Of a stretch of 64,000 bases of DNA, positions 1-12,874 are shown in pieces. The DNA lies in assembly GCA_028534125.1 (NCBI GenBank), contig CM052817.1:67954001-68018000 (forward strand), read 5' to 3'. The notes beneath the pieces were generated by a model that saw nothing but the letters and a program-made list of their open reading frames with translations, searched no databases and was not told the origin of the DNA. The stretch is from Lama glama (taxonomy: Eukaryota). The number at the start of each line of letters is the position of its first letter. Position 1 is the first letter of the stretch. The translations under genes and the position numbers were made by a program.

Positions 1-10
1 CCTTCCTCTC

Positions 11-140
11 TTTTCCTCAATTTCTGCCCCTGGAGAATGAAAATAACAATACCTATCTCACAAGGTTGTTGTGAGGAACAAATAAGTTCATTTAAAGCAC
101 ATTAAAAAGACTTCTAAAAAAGCCAGCTATTATAATTATG
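11..140 (+). mobile_element. MIR SINE, 3' part
   Basis: Matches the MIR core/tail: 'aataacaatacctatctcacaaggttgttgtgagg...aaagcac...agctattataatt'. Confidence 0.75.
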
Positions 141-304
141 TTCATTAGTTCAGCTGAGACTAATTTCCTACTATAGTGGCTTTATTTTACACATTTTAAA
201 GTCATTAGTGAGAAAGAGGAAGTGCTTATTAACTGTACAAGAGTATGGATAAGCAGATTTGAATAAGACCTCAGAGATCACTTCCCAGCACCCTGGTTTT
301 ATGT

Positions 305-412
305 AATCATTCATTCATTCACATACAGTTTTGAACACTCACTCTTAAACATGGTGTCAAGTACATTTCTAGTAGTTACGCATCTGGCAATAAGCAAAAC
401 CAATCTTCCTGG
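305..412 (-). mobile_element. L2 3' end relic
   Basis: 'tcattcattcattcac...' followed by a degenerate antisense L2 tail. Confidence 0.5.
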
Positions 413-457
413 ATAACTCTGTTAAGAATGGATTTTAAAAGGCAAAGACAGATCTAA

Positions 458-2686
458 GCTCAGGAAGTCAGTAAGTCATCTCAAAATTCTAATCCAAAAT
501 GTTCTTATCCAAGACACATATTAATTAAACTCTCTAAAACCAAAAATAAAAACAGAATTCAAAAGAGGTGAGAGAAAAAATTGTCCCATACAAAGGAACC
601 TCCGTAAGGTTATCAGTGGATTTCTCAGCAGAGACCTTACAAGCCAGGAGAGAACGGGATAATATATGCAAAATCCTAAAAGAAAGAAACTGCTGACCAA
701 GAATATTTTACCATGCAAAAATTGCTCTTCAGAAATGAACGTGAAATAAAGACCTTCCCTAACAAACAAAAGCTAAGGGAATTGATCACCATGAAGCCAG
801 CCTTACAAGAAATGCTGAAATGAGTCTTTGAGTTGAAACAAAAGAATGCTAACTACTAAAATAAAACATAAAATGTACCACACACTGGTAAAGGGTAACA
901 TATAGTCAAATTGAGAATACTCTAATACTGTAACATGGTGATGTGCCAACTACTTACCTCTAAAATAATAGTTAAAGCACAAAAGCATAAAAATAGCTCT
1001 AGCTTCAACAATTTGTTAATGGATACACAATAAAAAAAAGATGGTAAATGATGACATCAGAAATATAAAAGCAGGGAGTAAAAATATAGTTTTTGTATGC
1101 AATCAAAGTTAAATTATTATCAGGGTAAATTAGACTGTTATGTACACAAGATGTTTTATGTAAACCTTGTGGGGAACACAAGCCAGAATCTACAATAGAT
1201 ACATAAATTAAGAGCAGGAAATCAAAACATTACACTTCAGAAAGTCATCAACTTACAAAGAAAGGCAGCAAACAAAGAAAGAAAAGAGAAAGAAAACTTC
1301 AAAACTTACCTATCAATAATTAAATATTACTTTGTTGAATTCCCCAATGAGAAGGCACAGAGTGACTAAATGCATTAAAAAACTATATGCTTACAAGAGA
1401 CTCAGTTCAGCTTTAAGGACACACATGATCTCAAATGAAGGTGGATATATTCCATCTAAGTGGAAACCAAAAGAGACCAGGGGTAGCTATACTTAATATC
1501 AGAAAAAATAAACTTTAAGCCAATAGTGATAACAAGAGGAAAAGATGGACATTATATTGATAAAGGTGTCAATTTATTAAGAAGATAAAACACTTATGAA
1601 TATATATGCCCTTAACATCAGAACACCTTAAATATTTTAAGCAAATACTAGCAGGTCTGAAGGGAGAAGTAGATAATAATATATTAAGAGTAGGGGACTT
1701 CAATACTCCATTTTCAACAATGGAGAAATTATCAAAACAGGAAAAACAAGGAAATGTTAGACTTGAATCAAACTTTAGACCAAATAAACCTAACAGACAC
1801 ATACAGAATATTAATCTAACAGCAACAGAATACAGTTTCTTCTCAAGCTCTAATATAACTTTTTTCAGAATAGATCACATTATGAAATAAGTCTTAGCAA
1901 ATACAAGAAGACTGAAATAACAGTAAGTGTATTTTCCAGCCACAACAGTATGAAACTAGGAATCAGTAACAAGAGGAAACCTGGAAATTTTTCAAGTACA
2001 TGCAGATTAAGCAACATAGTCATGAAAACCTAATGGATTAAAAAAAAAAAAGGAAAAGGAAAACCAAATATATTAGAAACATAAAAATGGAGGTACAACA
2101 TATAAAAAATTATGGGATGCTGCAAGAGCAGTCTAAGAGGGATGTTTATATATGCATATATTAATACATATATTAAGAAAAAAGAAATATCAAACAATTT
2201 TATACCTCAAACTAGAAAAAGAACATATAAAACTAAAGTTAGAAGAAGGAAGATAATAACAAGTATCTGAGAATAAATGAGACCATAAAACAATAAAAAA
2301 AATCGATGAAATTAAGAGCTGTTTTTTTGAAAAAATTAAAAATTTATGGACTTCTAGTTAGACTTACTTAGAAAAACTGAAAGAGGACTGAGGACTCAAA
2401 ATCAGACATGAAATAGGAGACATTACAACTGATAACAGAAATACAAAGTATCATGAGAGACTAGTAAAACTAATTATATGCCCCAAACTGGATAACCTAG
2501 AAGAAATGGATAAATTCCTAGAAATGGAAAACTTTCCAGAAAGACTCAATCATAAATAGCCAGGAAATCTGAACAGACTAATAATGAGTAAGCAGAGTGA
2601 ATTAGTAATCAAACCTCCCAACAAATAAAAGTCCAGGACCAGACTGCTTCACCAGTGAATTCTACCAAATATTTAAAGAAAAAAAA
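458..2686 (+). mobile_element. Decayed L1: ORF1 C-terminal half, inter-ORF region, ORF2 endonuclease/Z region
   Basis: Translates to L1 ORF1 motifs (PRHILIKL, RLSVDFSAETLQARRE, KTFPNKQKLRE, PALQEML) and ORF2 EN motifs (VGDFNTPFS, RIDH; ORF 1606-1890). Many stops and frameshifts. Confidence 0.95.
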
Positions 2687-5600
2687 TCCACTTACATCAA
2701 TGGATAGATCATCCAGGCAGAAAATCAATAAGGACACAGCTGCCTTAAATGACACATTAGACCAGGACTTAATATCTATAGAACATTCTACCTCCAAAAA
2801 AGCAGAATACACCTTCTTTTCAGGCTCACATAGAACTTTCCCCAAGACAGATCACATGCTAGGCCACAAAACAAGTATCAAATTTACCAAGATTAAAATT
2901 ACATAAAGCATCTTTTCTGACCACAAATAGTATGAAACTAAAAATAATTATAGGAAGAAAACTGGAAAAGCACAAATATGTGGAGACAAACAACATATTA
3001 CTAAAAAAAACCCAATGAGTCAATAGAGAAAACAAAGAGGAAATAAAAAAAACCTTGAGATTAATAAAAATAGAAAAATAATATTCAAAAATCCACAGGA
3101 CACAGCAAAAGCAGTTATAAAAGGGAAGTTTATAGCAATACAGGCCTACGTCAAGAAACAAGAAAAATCTCAAATAACCTTTCTGTCTAAAGAGTTTAGA
3201 AGAAAAAGAACAAAGTCCCAAATCAGCAGAAGGAAGGAAATAAAGATAAAAAACAAAATAAATAAAATAGAGACAAAAAAAATAGGAAGTATCAATGAAA
3301 TTAAGTTTTTTTACAAAATAGAAATTGATAAGCCTTTAGCCAAACTCATCAAAAAAGAGGGCCCAAATAAATAAAATTAATAATGAAAAAGGAGAAGTTA
3401 TAACCTATATTTACAGAAATACAATGAAGAGTTATATGCCAAAAAACTGGACCACCTAGAAGAAATAAATACATTCCTAAAACATACAATCTTCCCAGAC
3501 TATATCAGAAAGAAATAGAAAATCTGGACAATCCTTTACTATTGAATCAATAATCAAGAAACTCCCAACAAACAGGATCAGACCTCTTCACCAGAAAATT
3601 CTACCAAACATTTACAGAAGAGTTAATACCTATCTTTCTCTATTCCAAAAAAGTAAAGACTAGGGAACACTTCCAAGGCCAGCCTTACACTGATACAAAA
3701 ACCAGATGACATTAAAAAAATAGATAAAATAAAATGAAGATTACAGGCCAATATCCTTGATGAACATAAATGTAAAAATCCTCAACAAAACATTAGCATA
3801 TCAAATTCAACAATATATAAAAAGGATCATACATCATGAGCAAGTGGGATTTATTCCAGGGATGCAAAGATGGTTCCATATCCATAGATCAGTCAATGTG
3901 ACACACCATATTAACAAAATAAAGGGTAAAAATTACATGATAATCTCAACAGATGCAGAAAAAGCATTTGACAAAATTCAACATCTATTTAAGATAAATG
4001 CTCACAACAAAGTTGGTATAGAGGGAACATACCTTAATATAATAAAAGCAACTTATGACAAACCCACAACCAACATCATTCTCACTGGTGTCAAGCTGAA
4101 AGCTTTTCCTGTAAGATCAGGAACAAAACAAGGATGTTCACCCTCACCACTTTCATTAAACATAGTGTTGGAAGCCCTAGCCACAACAATCAGACAAAGG
4201 AAAAAAAGGCATTTAAAGGGAAGAATTACAGCTGTCATTATTTGAAGATGACATGTTATTATGTACAGAAAACCCTAAAGACTCCACCAAAATCAAGAGC
4301 CCAGAAATGAACTCCACACATATAAGGCAAACTATATCTGACAAGAGAGCCAAGAATACTCAATGTGGGAAAAGGGTTGGGAAAACTGGATAAACACGTG
4401 TAGAAGAATGGAATTGGACCCGTATGTTAGGCCACTCAGAAAAAAGTAACTCAACTGAATTAAAGACTTAAATTGAAGACCTAAAGCCATTATACTTGTA
4501 GAAGAAAACTTAGGAAGAAATCTCCCTGACATTTGGCCTTGGCTATGATTTTCTGGATAAGACAACAAAAGCACAAGCAGCAAAAGCAAAAATGTGTAAC
4601 CACATCCAACTGAAAAGCTTCTGCACAGCAAAAGAAACAATCAACAAAGTGAAAAGACAATCTATAGAATGGGAGAAAGTATTTGCAAATCATGTATCTG
4701 ACAAACAGTTAATACCCAAAATACAGTCAGTCCTTCCTTATCTGTGGGCAAAAAGCTCCAAGACCCACCACTGGATGTCTGAAACCACAGATGGTATCAA
4801 ACTCTATACATGTTTCTTTTCTACACATACATACCTATGATAAGGCTTAACTTATAAATTAGGCACAGTAAGAGATTAACAGCAATAACTAATCATAGAA
4901 GTGTAACAATATGCTGTAACAAAACTTATGTGAATGTAATCTCTAATGATAAAATGATAAAACGCCCACATGCTGAGAGGAAGTGAGGTGAATGACGTAG
5001 GCACTGTAACCTAGTGTTACGCTATGATTGGCAGACTGACAATCCATCAGCAGCAGGGTCATCTGCTTTAGGTGATTTCGAATCATTGAGCCAAGATGAT
5101 GCCAGTGTTTGGGGATCTTGGGCAGGACAGAGCAGGACTGCATGAGGTTTCATTATGCTGCTCAGATCAGTGCAGAATTTAAAACTTGTGAACTATTTCT
5201 TTCCAGAATATTCCATTTACTATTTTTGGACCTTGGTTGACGGAGAATAACTGAAACCACAGATAAGGGGGGACTACCGTACATCAAGAATTCAAGCAAC
5301 TCAAAAGCAAAAAATAAACGACAATCTGATCGAAAATACGCAAACTGAATAAACAGTTTTCCAAAGACGACATACAGATGGCTAACAGGTACCTGAAAAA
5401 TTGCTTGACATCACTAATCATAAGGGAAATGCAAATAAAAACCACAATAAGATATCATGTCACACCTGTTAGAATGACTATCATCAAAAAGAGAACAAGT
5501 TTTGGTGAGGGTGTAGAGAGGAATCCTTGTGCACTGTTGGTGGGAATGAAAATTCATGCATCCTCTGCGGAAAACAGTATGGAGGTTCCTCAAAAAATTA

Positions 5601-6205
5601 AAAATGGAACTACCATATGAACTAGGGTCCACTTCTGGGTGTATATCCAAAGGAATTAAAACTAGGATCTCATAGAGATATCTGAACTCCCATGTACACT
5701 GCAGCATTACTCACAATAACCAAGATATGGAAACAACTTAAGTGTCTGTCAGTGGATGAATAGATGATTCACCCATGAGAAAAAAAAAGGAAATCCTGCC
5801 ATTTGCAACTACTTGGATGAACCTTGAGGGTACCATGCTAAGTGAAGTATGTCAGACAGAGAAAGATAAACAACTGTGTGATCTCATTTATATGCGGAAT
5901 CAAAAAAAAGTCAAACTCAGAAACAGAAAGTAGAATGGTTGTTATTGGTCAAAGGGTATAAACTTCCAGTTACAAGATTAACATGTTTGGGGATCTAATG
6001 TAAGCATGGTTGTTTTAGCTAATAATGCTGTATTATATATACTTGAATGTTGCTAAGAAAATAGATCGCAAGCATTCTCAACACAAAAAATGAAATAACT
6101 ATATGACAGGATGGAGGTGATAGCTAAGACTATGGTGGTAATCATTTTGCAACACATAAATGTATCAAATCATACATAATATTTTGTGTCAATTAGATCT
6201 CAAAC
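2687..6205 (+). mobile_element. Second decayed L1 (ORF2 EN to RT to 3' UTR, L1MA9-like tail), interrupted by MER44
   Basis: Restarts in the EN domain (LTSMDRSSRQKINK). RT motifs in ORF 3757-4245 ([26 protein letters not shown]). Has the ORF2 C-terminal region and a 3' UTR 'ggtcaaagggtataaacttccagtt...tgtcaattagatctcaa'. Confidence 0.93.
4724..5279 (-). mobile_element. MER44-family (Tigger7-derived) non-autonomous DNA transposon
   Basis: TIRs cagtcagtccttccttatctgtgg / ccacagataaggggggactaccg with TA duplication at 4722-4723 and 5280-5281. The L1 sequence resumes seamlessly on both sides. Confidence 0.88.
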
Positions 6206-6229
6206 CTAGGGAAACAAAGCCAGAAATAA

Positions 6230-7735
6230 GGAGGCCAGACAAAAGGCCACTGTAGGAAGCCAAGTAAGAGACCAAAGTGGTAGAGGTGATGAGAAGTAGA
6301 GGAATCAAGGGTGTGGGTATGAAAGAAACAAAGAATGACCTCAAAGACTCTGGCTTGGGCAACTGGATGATTGAAATTATCATTTACTCAGGAGGAAAGA
6401 ATGAAATTCAGCTAGGAAAACTTTAGAAGGAGAAGGTTTGGAGGCTGGGAAGAGTTAGGAGTTCAAAGATGTTCAGTTTGAGATGCTTACTAGATACTCA
6501 AGTGGAAGTATTGCAAAGTCAATTGGTAAAAAAATCTTCTTCAGAGAAGAAGAATGGCTGGAGATTCAAATGTGGGAGTCATATCAGCATAAGATAGCAC
6601 TAAAGCCATTAGACTACAAAAAATCTCCTAAGGGGGAGTGTAGAGATGCCCAAGGACTGAGGTCTGGGCCATTTCAATATTCAGAGATTGAGATGTGGAA
6701 AAGAACCCTACAAAGAAGGCTGAAAGAGCCATTCATGACATAGGTGGCAGTGGCGGTGGGGTGGAGATGTTATCTAGAAACCAAGTGAAGAAAGAGCTTT
6801 TTCTTATTTAAAAAAATTAAAAAAAGATGATCAACTGTGTTTAGTCCTGCTCAAGGTCAACAAAAATGAGGCGTGAGAGTGGACTGCTGGGTTTAGAAAC
6901 AGGCAGATCATGATTGAGAGCCATAGGAGTTGTTTTGGGGGAATGGCACAAGCCAAAGCCTGACTGGACAGAGCTCAAAAGTAGAGAGGAGGATGAAGCA
7001 ACATGGATGGACCTAGAGGTGATCATACTAAGTGAAGTAAGTCAGGCAGAGAAAGACAAATACCATATGTTGTCATGTATATAGGGAATCTAAAAAATGA
7101 TACAAATGAACTCATTTACAAGATAGAAACAGACTCGCAGACATAGAAAATAAACTTATGGTTACCAAAAGGGAAAGTGTGGGGAGGGATAAATTAGGAG
7201 TTTGGGGTTAGCAGATACAAAACTACTATATATAAAATAGATAAAATATAAGGTCCTACTGTATAGCACGGGGAACTAAGTTTACTATCTTGTAGTAACC
7301 TATAAAGAAAAAGAATATGAAAAGGTTATATACATACATATACACGCACATATATTTATGTATACATATAACCGAATCACTATGCTGTACACCTGAAACT
7401 TATACAACGTTGTAAATCAACACTTCAATTTTAAAAAAATGTTTTAATAAATAGAAAAAAAAGTGAAGAAGAGAATTCAGACAGTGGGTCTCAGTGGTTG
7501 TTTCAAGGAGTTTTGCTATGAAGAGAGAAGAGAAATGAGGCATTATCTGGAGGGAGGTGGAGGCAAGGAAAAGGCTTTTTAAGCTGGGACACCACGGAGG
7601 ATCTAGGTATGCAGACTGGAATGATTCTCTACGAGACTGATTCAGTATGCAGACTGGAAGTCTCTATGAGAATTGACAAAGTGGGAGAAAGAGTAAGGGG
7701 AGAATACTGGCGTGATGTACTTGAGTAGGCAAGAG
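6230..7735 (-). mobile_element. L2 LINE relic, split by a younger L1 3' end
   Basis: Antisense L2 motifs 'aagaatgacctcaaagactctggcttgggcaactgg', 'gagatgcttactagatactcaagtggaag', 'ggctggagattcaaatgtgggagtcat'. Confidence 0.8.
6996..7460 (+). mobile_element. 5'-truncated L1 3' end (cetartiodactyl-type 3' UTR)
   Basis: 'gcaacatggatggacctagag...aaacttatggttacc...gggataaattaggagtttggg...ctgtatagcac...gctgtacacctgaaac' with an A-rich tail. Confidence 0.9.
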
Positions 7736-9499
7736 CCTTCTTTAAATTAAAAACATGATGATGAAACCAGGACCCAGGGCAGTAAAGCAACTTGGCTGAG
7801 GTCACAAGGCAGTAAGGGGTGGGCCAGGCCTTCCTCTACTTCCTTCAAGAGGTTTCCACCCAATCACAGCTGCGGATCCCACAACTAAAGGCAGAAGAGA
7901 CAGGCAGGTAAAAGCCCACTGACTTGATAGATTCTGTCGTTGTATTAAATAAATGCTATTTGATGGCAATCAAATATGTGTCCCATTTCTAACTGAAGTG
8001 GGTTTTTTCCTTAAAAGTGGTGGTAGGTCTTTCATATGTAAAGCTCATTTGTAATTATGATAAAAATTTTGTATAGTGACAGCTCATGTCTCAAATGCTA
8101 AAAAGATAATTTGTAAATCACAAGTAGGCAAATAATCTCTCTTACCCTAAAGGTGCACATGCAATTTCTTAACTAGGAAGCATCAACATCCCATGCAATG
8201 CAAAGCCCCAGGCTAGTCCAGGTTGGTGTAGAACTTGGATAAGAGGAAGTTTGCAGGGGTTTACTCCTGTTTCTTTTCTTTTTTTTTTTTTAACATAATG
8301 CCATCGTAAACCTTAGGAAGATAGGCATTTGAGGCAGAAAATAACATTAAGTGCATTTTTAATAAAATCCACCACTGAAGTTAAGTTCGACAGGGAATTA
8401 AGTGTAAACTATAATATGGTTGGTTGGTTGTTTCTTGTCCACTTCAATTGCAGTAACTCAGTGTATCTAATAATTATTATTATTGTTATTGATTAAATTA
8501 TATAACCTCTTTAAACTTTGTTTAGACATTTGGTAAATGAGGGATAACACATTTGCTGCAAAGTCGTTGCGGAGATGAAATAAAATCATTTACATAAAAT
8601 AGTGTGTAGCAGCATTCTCAGGACAGAGTAAGCACTCAGGTGTAACCTGTGCAGCCCACTTCCCGCCTCCTTCAATTCCACCCCAGGCAGTGGGGCTGGT
8701 AGGAGGAGAGCCAGGATTCCCCCCTGCCTGCTCGTCACTCTCAACAGCCAAGCATTATTACGTGCCCAGTACTGCTGAGTTACAGAAAAGCTACACCAGC
8801 GTCTGCCTTCAAAGACCTTTGTGCAGTCAGGGTGACAGGCTTTGAAAGCGGCCCCCATCCCTGACCACATCCCTTCAGGGGTTTCTTCCTGCTCCCAAGG
8901 TCAAGTTCAACCTCCTGCCCAGGGTCTGCAGAAGCCTTTGTGATGGGTCTCTGCTTTGGGTTCTGGTCACATCTCTTGCATCTCTCTCCACACTCCTCTG
9001 CCCCCATCTTTAGTCCCACCTTACACTCTAGTCATATCGAACTCTTTTTAGTTCCTCCACAGTGGCAACTCCTTGTGAAACTTCGACTCCTCCAACCCAG
9101 GTTGGCGTCCCTCCCCACAGCCCTCTCTCCCCTCTCACACCGCTCACCAGGCTACAGCCGCTTGGCTTGCTTAGCTCGTCAAAGCAGGGATGGGGGTCCT
9201 ATGGGCCCTGGTTTCACTTCCCACCCAATCTGGCATGTAAGAGGCATTCAAATGATATTAAATCACAATTCCCCGAAAGAACTGATTATGAAACCGCATT
9301 AAGACAAGGTTGCATAGGCTTGGAGCACGATGAAGGCTGTTGCTGTTAAGAGATGTGGAGCTCAAAGGAGGGAGACCTAGAGGCTGAGCAGCCTGGGAAA
9401 GTGACACTTCAGCAACCTGGAAATACCCAAGGGCTTTCATAAGTAGCAACGAAGGTGGGAAACTCAAGCAAATCCTTAGACTTGAGAGGGGAAAAAAGG

Positions 9500-9850
9500 G
9501 ACAAAACACAAAATGGAAGAGAAGAGCCAGAATCTACAAAATAATCCAGTTGATCTAAATATATTTCCTGGGTACAAACTATGTTCAAGGCAATGTGGAA
9601 GCTAAACAAAGCACAGGAAAGAACTGTCACCCTTCAGAGGCTGATGATGGGAGGTGGGATGTGTGGACGACGAAGTGGAAGCGGGAAATAATTAGGCACC
9701 AAATACGTGGTTAAACACACCTCTGGATTATTCAGAGGAACCAGGGGGCACTGGGAGGGGCCGTTCCCAGGGAAGGCTGCGCACAAGAGGTGAGATGTGA
9801 GCGGGGCTTTGCAGGATGGAGGTAACGGGACAGAGAAACGCTGCCTGACG
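9500..9850 (-). mobile_element. L2 3' relic
   Basis: Degenerate antisense L2 tail ('cagggaaggctgcgcacaagaggtgagatgtgagcggggctttgcaggatg'). Confidence 0.55.
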
Positions 9851-9954
9851 GGCACTCTATTTTAGGAAGCTCCCTCCACAAATATTCGGATGGGACCCTT
9901 CTCCTCTGGACAGTATTCTTTTATAAATACCAAAGGTAAAAGGACTGGCAGGCA

Positions 9955-10140
9955 AGTGGGTAAAGCAGACAGAAATGTGGGCTTTCAAGAACCCTGAGTT
10001 TAATTCCCAGCTCTGTGCTTTGGGAACAATCTCCTCACCCCATAAGTGGTGTTGGCAGCATGACTCTCACGAACGTGGCAGCGAGGATGTCGTGAGCTGA
10101 GCGCGGGAACGTGTGCCACAAGATGCCTGGTGCCGAGAAG
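9955..10140 (+). mobile_element. MIR SINE
   Basis: 'cctgagtttaattcccagctctgtgctttggg...gatgcctggtgcc' is MIR-like. Confidence 0.55.
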
Positions 10141-11414
10141 CCTGGCTCTTCCAGATAATTCAGAGAGGCTGCGGGGAGGATGAACTTGTGCTCACCAGCT
10201 AAAGATCATTCTCCGAGACAAGAGGAAGTGGAGCAGAAAGGGGAGAGGCTGCAGAAAGGCACTTTTGAAAGAGTTAGATCAGCAGAGGAAATAACACAGG
10301 CCACGGTCATAAAAGCCCAGAGAGTATGTTGTATCTTTAAAAGCAACAGAGATGAAGCAAAGCGTTGAACTGACAGAGGAAGCTGATGACACTGAGAGAG
10401 CTCAAGGCTTGAAATAAGAGAACTGGGAAAGGGGCCAGAGGACAGAGGGCATGCATTTTCCCCCGAAACTGGGGAAGTGAAAGATCCAAACCAAGAGTTA
10501 AGGCCTGGCTAATTCTGTAAAATCAGCAAATACAGCTTTTTAAAAGACAAAACAAAACCAAAAATTGAAGTAAAAGGAGAATGGACATTTGAGGGGTATC
10601 CTGTCTCACAAAAGGACAGGTCATGGTGAGCAGCAGGATGAGGGGAGAGCACAGCCTTTGCTAGTGTCAGATAGATGTCTCTACCCTCACTCACCGGTAT
10701 CTTCTACAAATGAGCACAAAAGCAGGAGTCCCAGCGAGCCTGCAGTATTTGAGGCCTACCAAACGGAGAAGGACAAATGTTGGCCTAAGGAAAATCTAAC
10801 AGGAGGAAAAAAAAAAAAAAAAACCCTGCATCATTCTGAATGGTGTGTTAAAAACAGCTGGGAAGTAAACACAGTAAATCCCAGGCTGGGAGAGCTTGCC
10901 TCTGGAGAAAAGTTCCACAAACGCAGCTTGCCACTTGACAGAGGAACCTAGTTCTCAGCTGGGCCAATTCAACCAAGGTCACCACCTCCTACACAGATAC
11001 GGAGAACAGATGGCGTGGAGCTGACCTCTCGCTGGGTCTGTGACCCATGACTGTTGGGCCCAAAGACACAGGACATGGCTGTAGACAGTCCTTCCTGACT
11101 TTATCCTGAGGCTGAAATCCGGAACATACAGGCCAGGAGCCAGGTATTCTTCCTTTCTTCCTGGGCTCTGGGTCCCTGAGTCAGCCCTGGTGACGAGAGG
11201 ACAAAGACTCAAAGGGTCAGTGTACACACATTTCAAGACAACAAAGAGGTCCTGGGAAGCTGTCCAATCGCACGGTGAAGATGGCTGAAAGACAGCCATC
11301 TCCAAATCAGTACCAGCCCCGCTTTTCCCCCTGGCTTTACCTAAATGCATATTCATTTTAAAACAGTTTCTTAAAGGAATCCCATGTGGAAAAGGCAAAT
11401 GAGAGTGGCGGTCA

Positions 11415-11670
11415 ATGTAAGCACGGGCATGGTTGACTGTGGGGCCCGAGTTCAAATGAGGGCTTCATCAATTATGAACCTGTAATTAACTAGCAAGCTA
11501 GTTAACTTCTTCATGTTTGAGTTTCTTTACCAAGAAAATGGGGAGAATGATACCCACAGCTCAGGAAACTGTTGAAAGGGTTAAGTAAGATCATTCATGA
11601 ATGTCAGTTCTCAGCATAGTGTCTGTCCCTGTGTGCTCACTAAATGGTGCTGAGAGAAGGTTATTATTCT
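11415..11670 (+). mobile_element. MIR SINE
   Basis: 'agttaacttcttcatgtttgagtttctttaccaagaaaatggggagaatgatacc...ctcagcatagtgtctg...ctcactaaatgg'. Confidence 0.7.
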
Positions 11671-11734
11671 GTTAAACCTGGGATTTCACCCAACATTGAC
11701 TAATTTCAGACTAAAATGTTTTTAAAGTTTCAAA

Positions 11735-12105
11735 AGGTAACACAGTTCAACTAGAACTTCACTCAGCAGCATAGATGAATCTCACAAAATGTTGAACAGC
11801 AATAACAAAAAAGCCAAAAACCAAAAAGGACTTATTACACTATTTAATCCATAGAAAGTTCAAAGACAGGCAAGACAAATCCATGACATTAAGAAAGCAG
11901 GGTGGTTGTTACCCTTCAGAGAGAAGGTAGAGGGTTAGTGGTGGGTACTGATTGTCAGAGGGTGTTTTGTTTCTGTATCTAGAAGCCAGTTACATCTGTA
12001 TCTGAGAGCAGGTTACAGGATGTGTCCATGGGGGAGCTCACTGACCTATATACTTAGGACGGATGCCCTTCTCTGCATGTATACTTCATTATAAAGTTCA
12101 CAAAA
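11735..12105 (+). mobile_element. Old L1 (L1MC/ME-type) 3' UTR fragment
   Basis: 'catagatgaatctcacaaaatgttgaac...aaagttcaaagacaggcaagac...ggttgttaccctt...tatacttagg'. Confidence 0.7.
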
Positions 12106-12114
12106 CAAAACTTT

Positions 12115-12227
12115 GGGGGCGGGGGTAATTAGATTTATTTACTTATTTATTTAATGGAGGAACTGGGGACTGAACCCAGGACCTCATGCATGTTAAGCAC
12201 ATATCCTACCACTGTAACATCCTCCCC
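12115..12227 (-). mobile_element. tRNA-derived camelid-type SINE (Vic-1-like)
   Basis: Reverse complement has 'cagtggtagg...gtcctgggttcagtccccagttcctcca', then an AT-rich linker and 'ctaattacccc'. Confidence 0.85.
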
Positions 12228-12299
12228 TAAATAAAATTTTTAAATGGTTTTAAAAGTTCTCTTTTTTTCTCTCATATACTATAGGGAACTGGCTCCTCA

Positions 12300-12420
12300 C
12301 AGTCACTCATTCATTCCACAAATACTTCTTGAAAACCTACTATGTGCCAGGCAGCATTCCAGATGCAGGGGATACAAGAGCAAACAAGACAGAGATCCTG
12401 CTTTCAGCTATAAAGGAATC
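12300..12420 (-). mobile_element. L2 3' end
   Basis: 'ctcattcattccacaaatacttcttgaaaacctactatgtgccaggcagcattccagatgcaggggatacaagagc'. Confidence 0.8.
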
Positions 12421-12874
12421 TTCCTTTTTCAGGGAGGGCAGGAGGCTCAGTACGGTAAAGTGGGAAGAAGAATCCAGGCTAAAACACCTATTAATTTCCA
12501 GTTTCCTCATGAAGCAAATGGGCACGATAACTGTCTTGCCTCCTTTACAGAGAATCTTTGTATATTTTTTAACCAGACCAGGTAAGGAGAAAAACCTTTC
12601 CCCTGGTATCTCATAAAGAACACAAGAGGATCACACAAATAACACCTGTAATGAAGTCCTCATAGCAGAGGTTAGAACGGCTTCTCCCAACCCCAAATAT
12701 GGCTCTCTAGATCCTCTTTACTTTGCCTTCTAATGGGGGTTTCTAATTTCATTCATGGTTTCAAAATTCCAAAATCTGGGAGAGTGCCTAAGAGTAACTT
12801 CAGTGGGGAGGTAACTCAAAATATCAATTTCCATTAATACTCCCCCAAAGTGAAGTCTTAATACCTAAGATGAA

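Noticed and set aside
3757..4245. 162-aa ORF with reverse-transcriptase motifs as a gene (also 1606-1890, 2655-2906, 20049-20255, 37904-38092)
   Set aside because: These are fragments of decayed L1 ORF2, surrounded by stops and frameshifts.
10979..11455. 158-aa minus-strand ORF
   Set aside because: No recognisable domain, begins in MIR sequence, and its composition is typical of chance ORFs.
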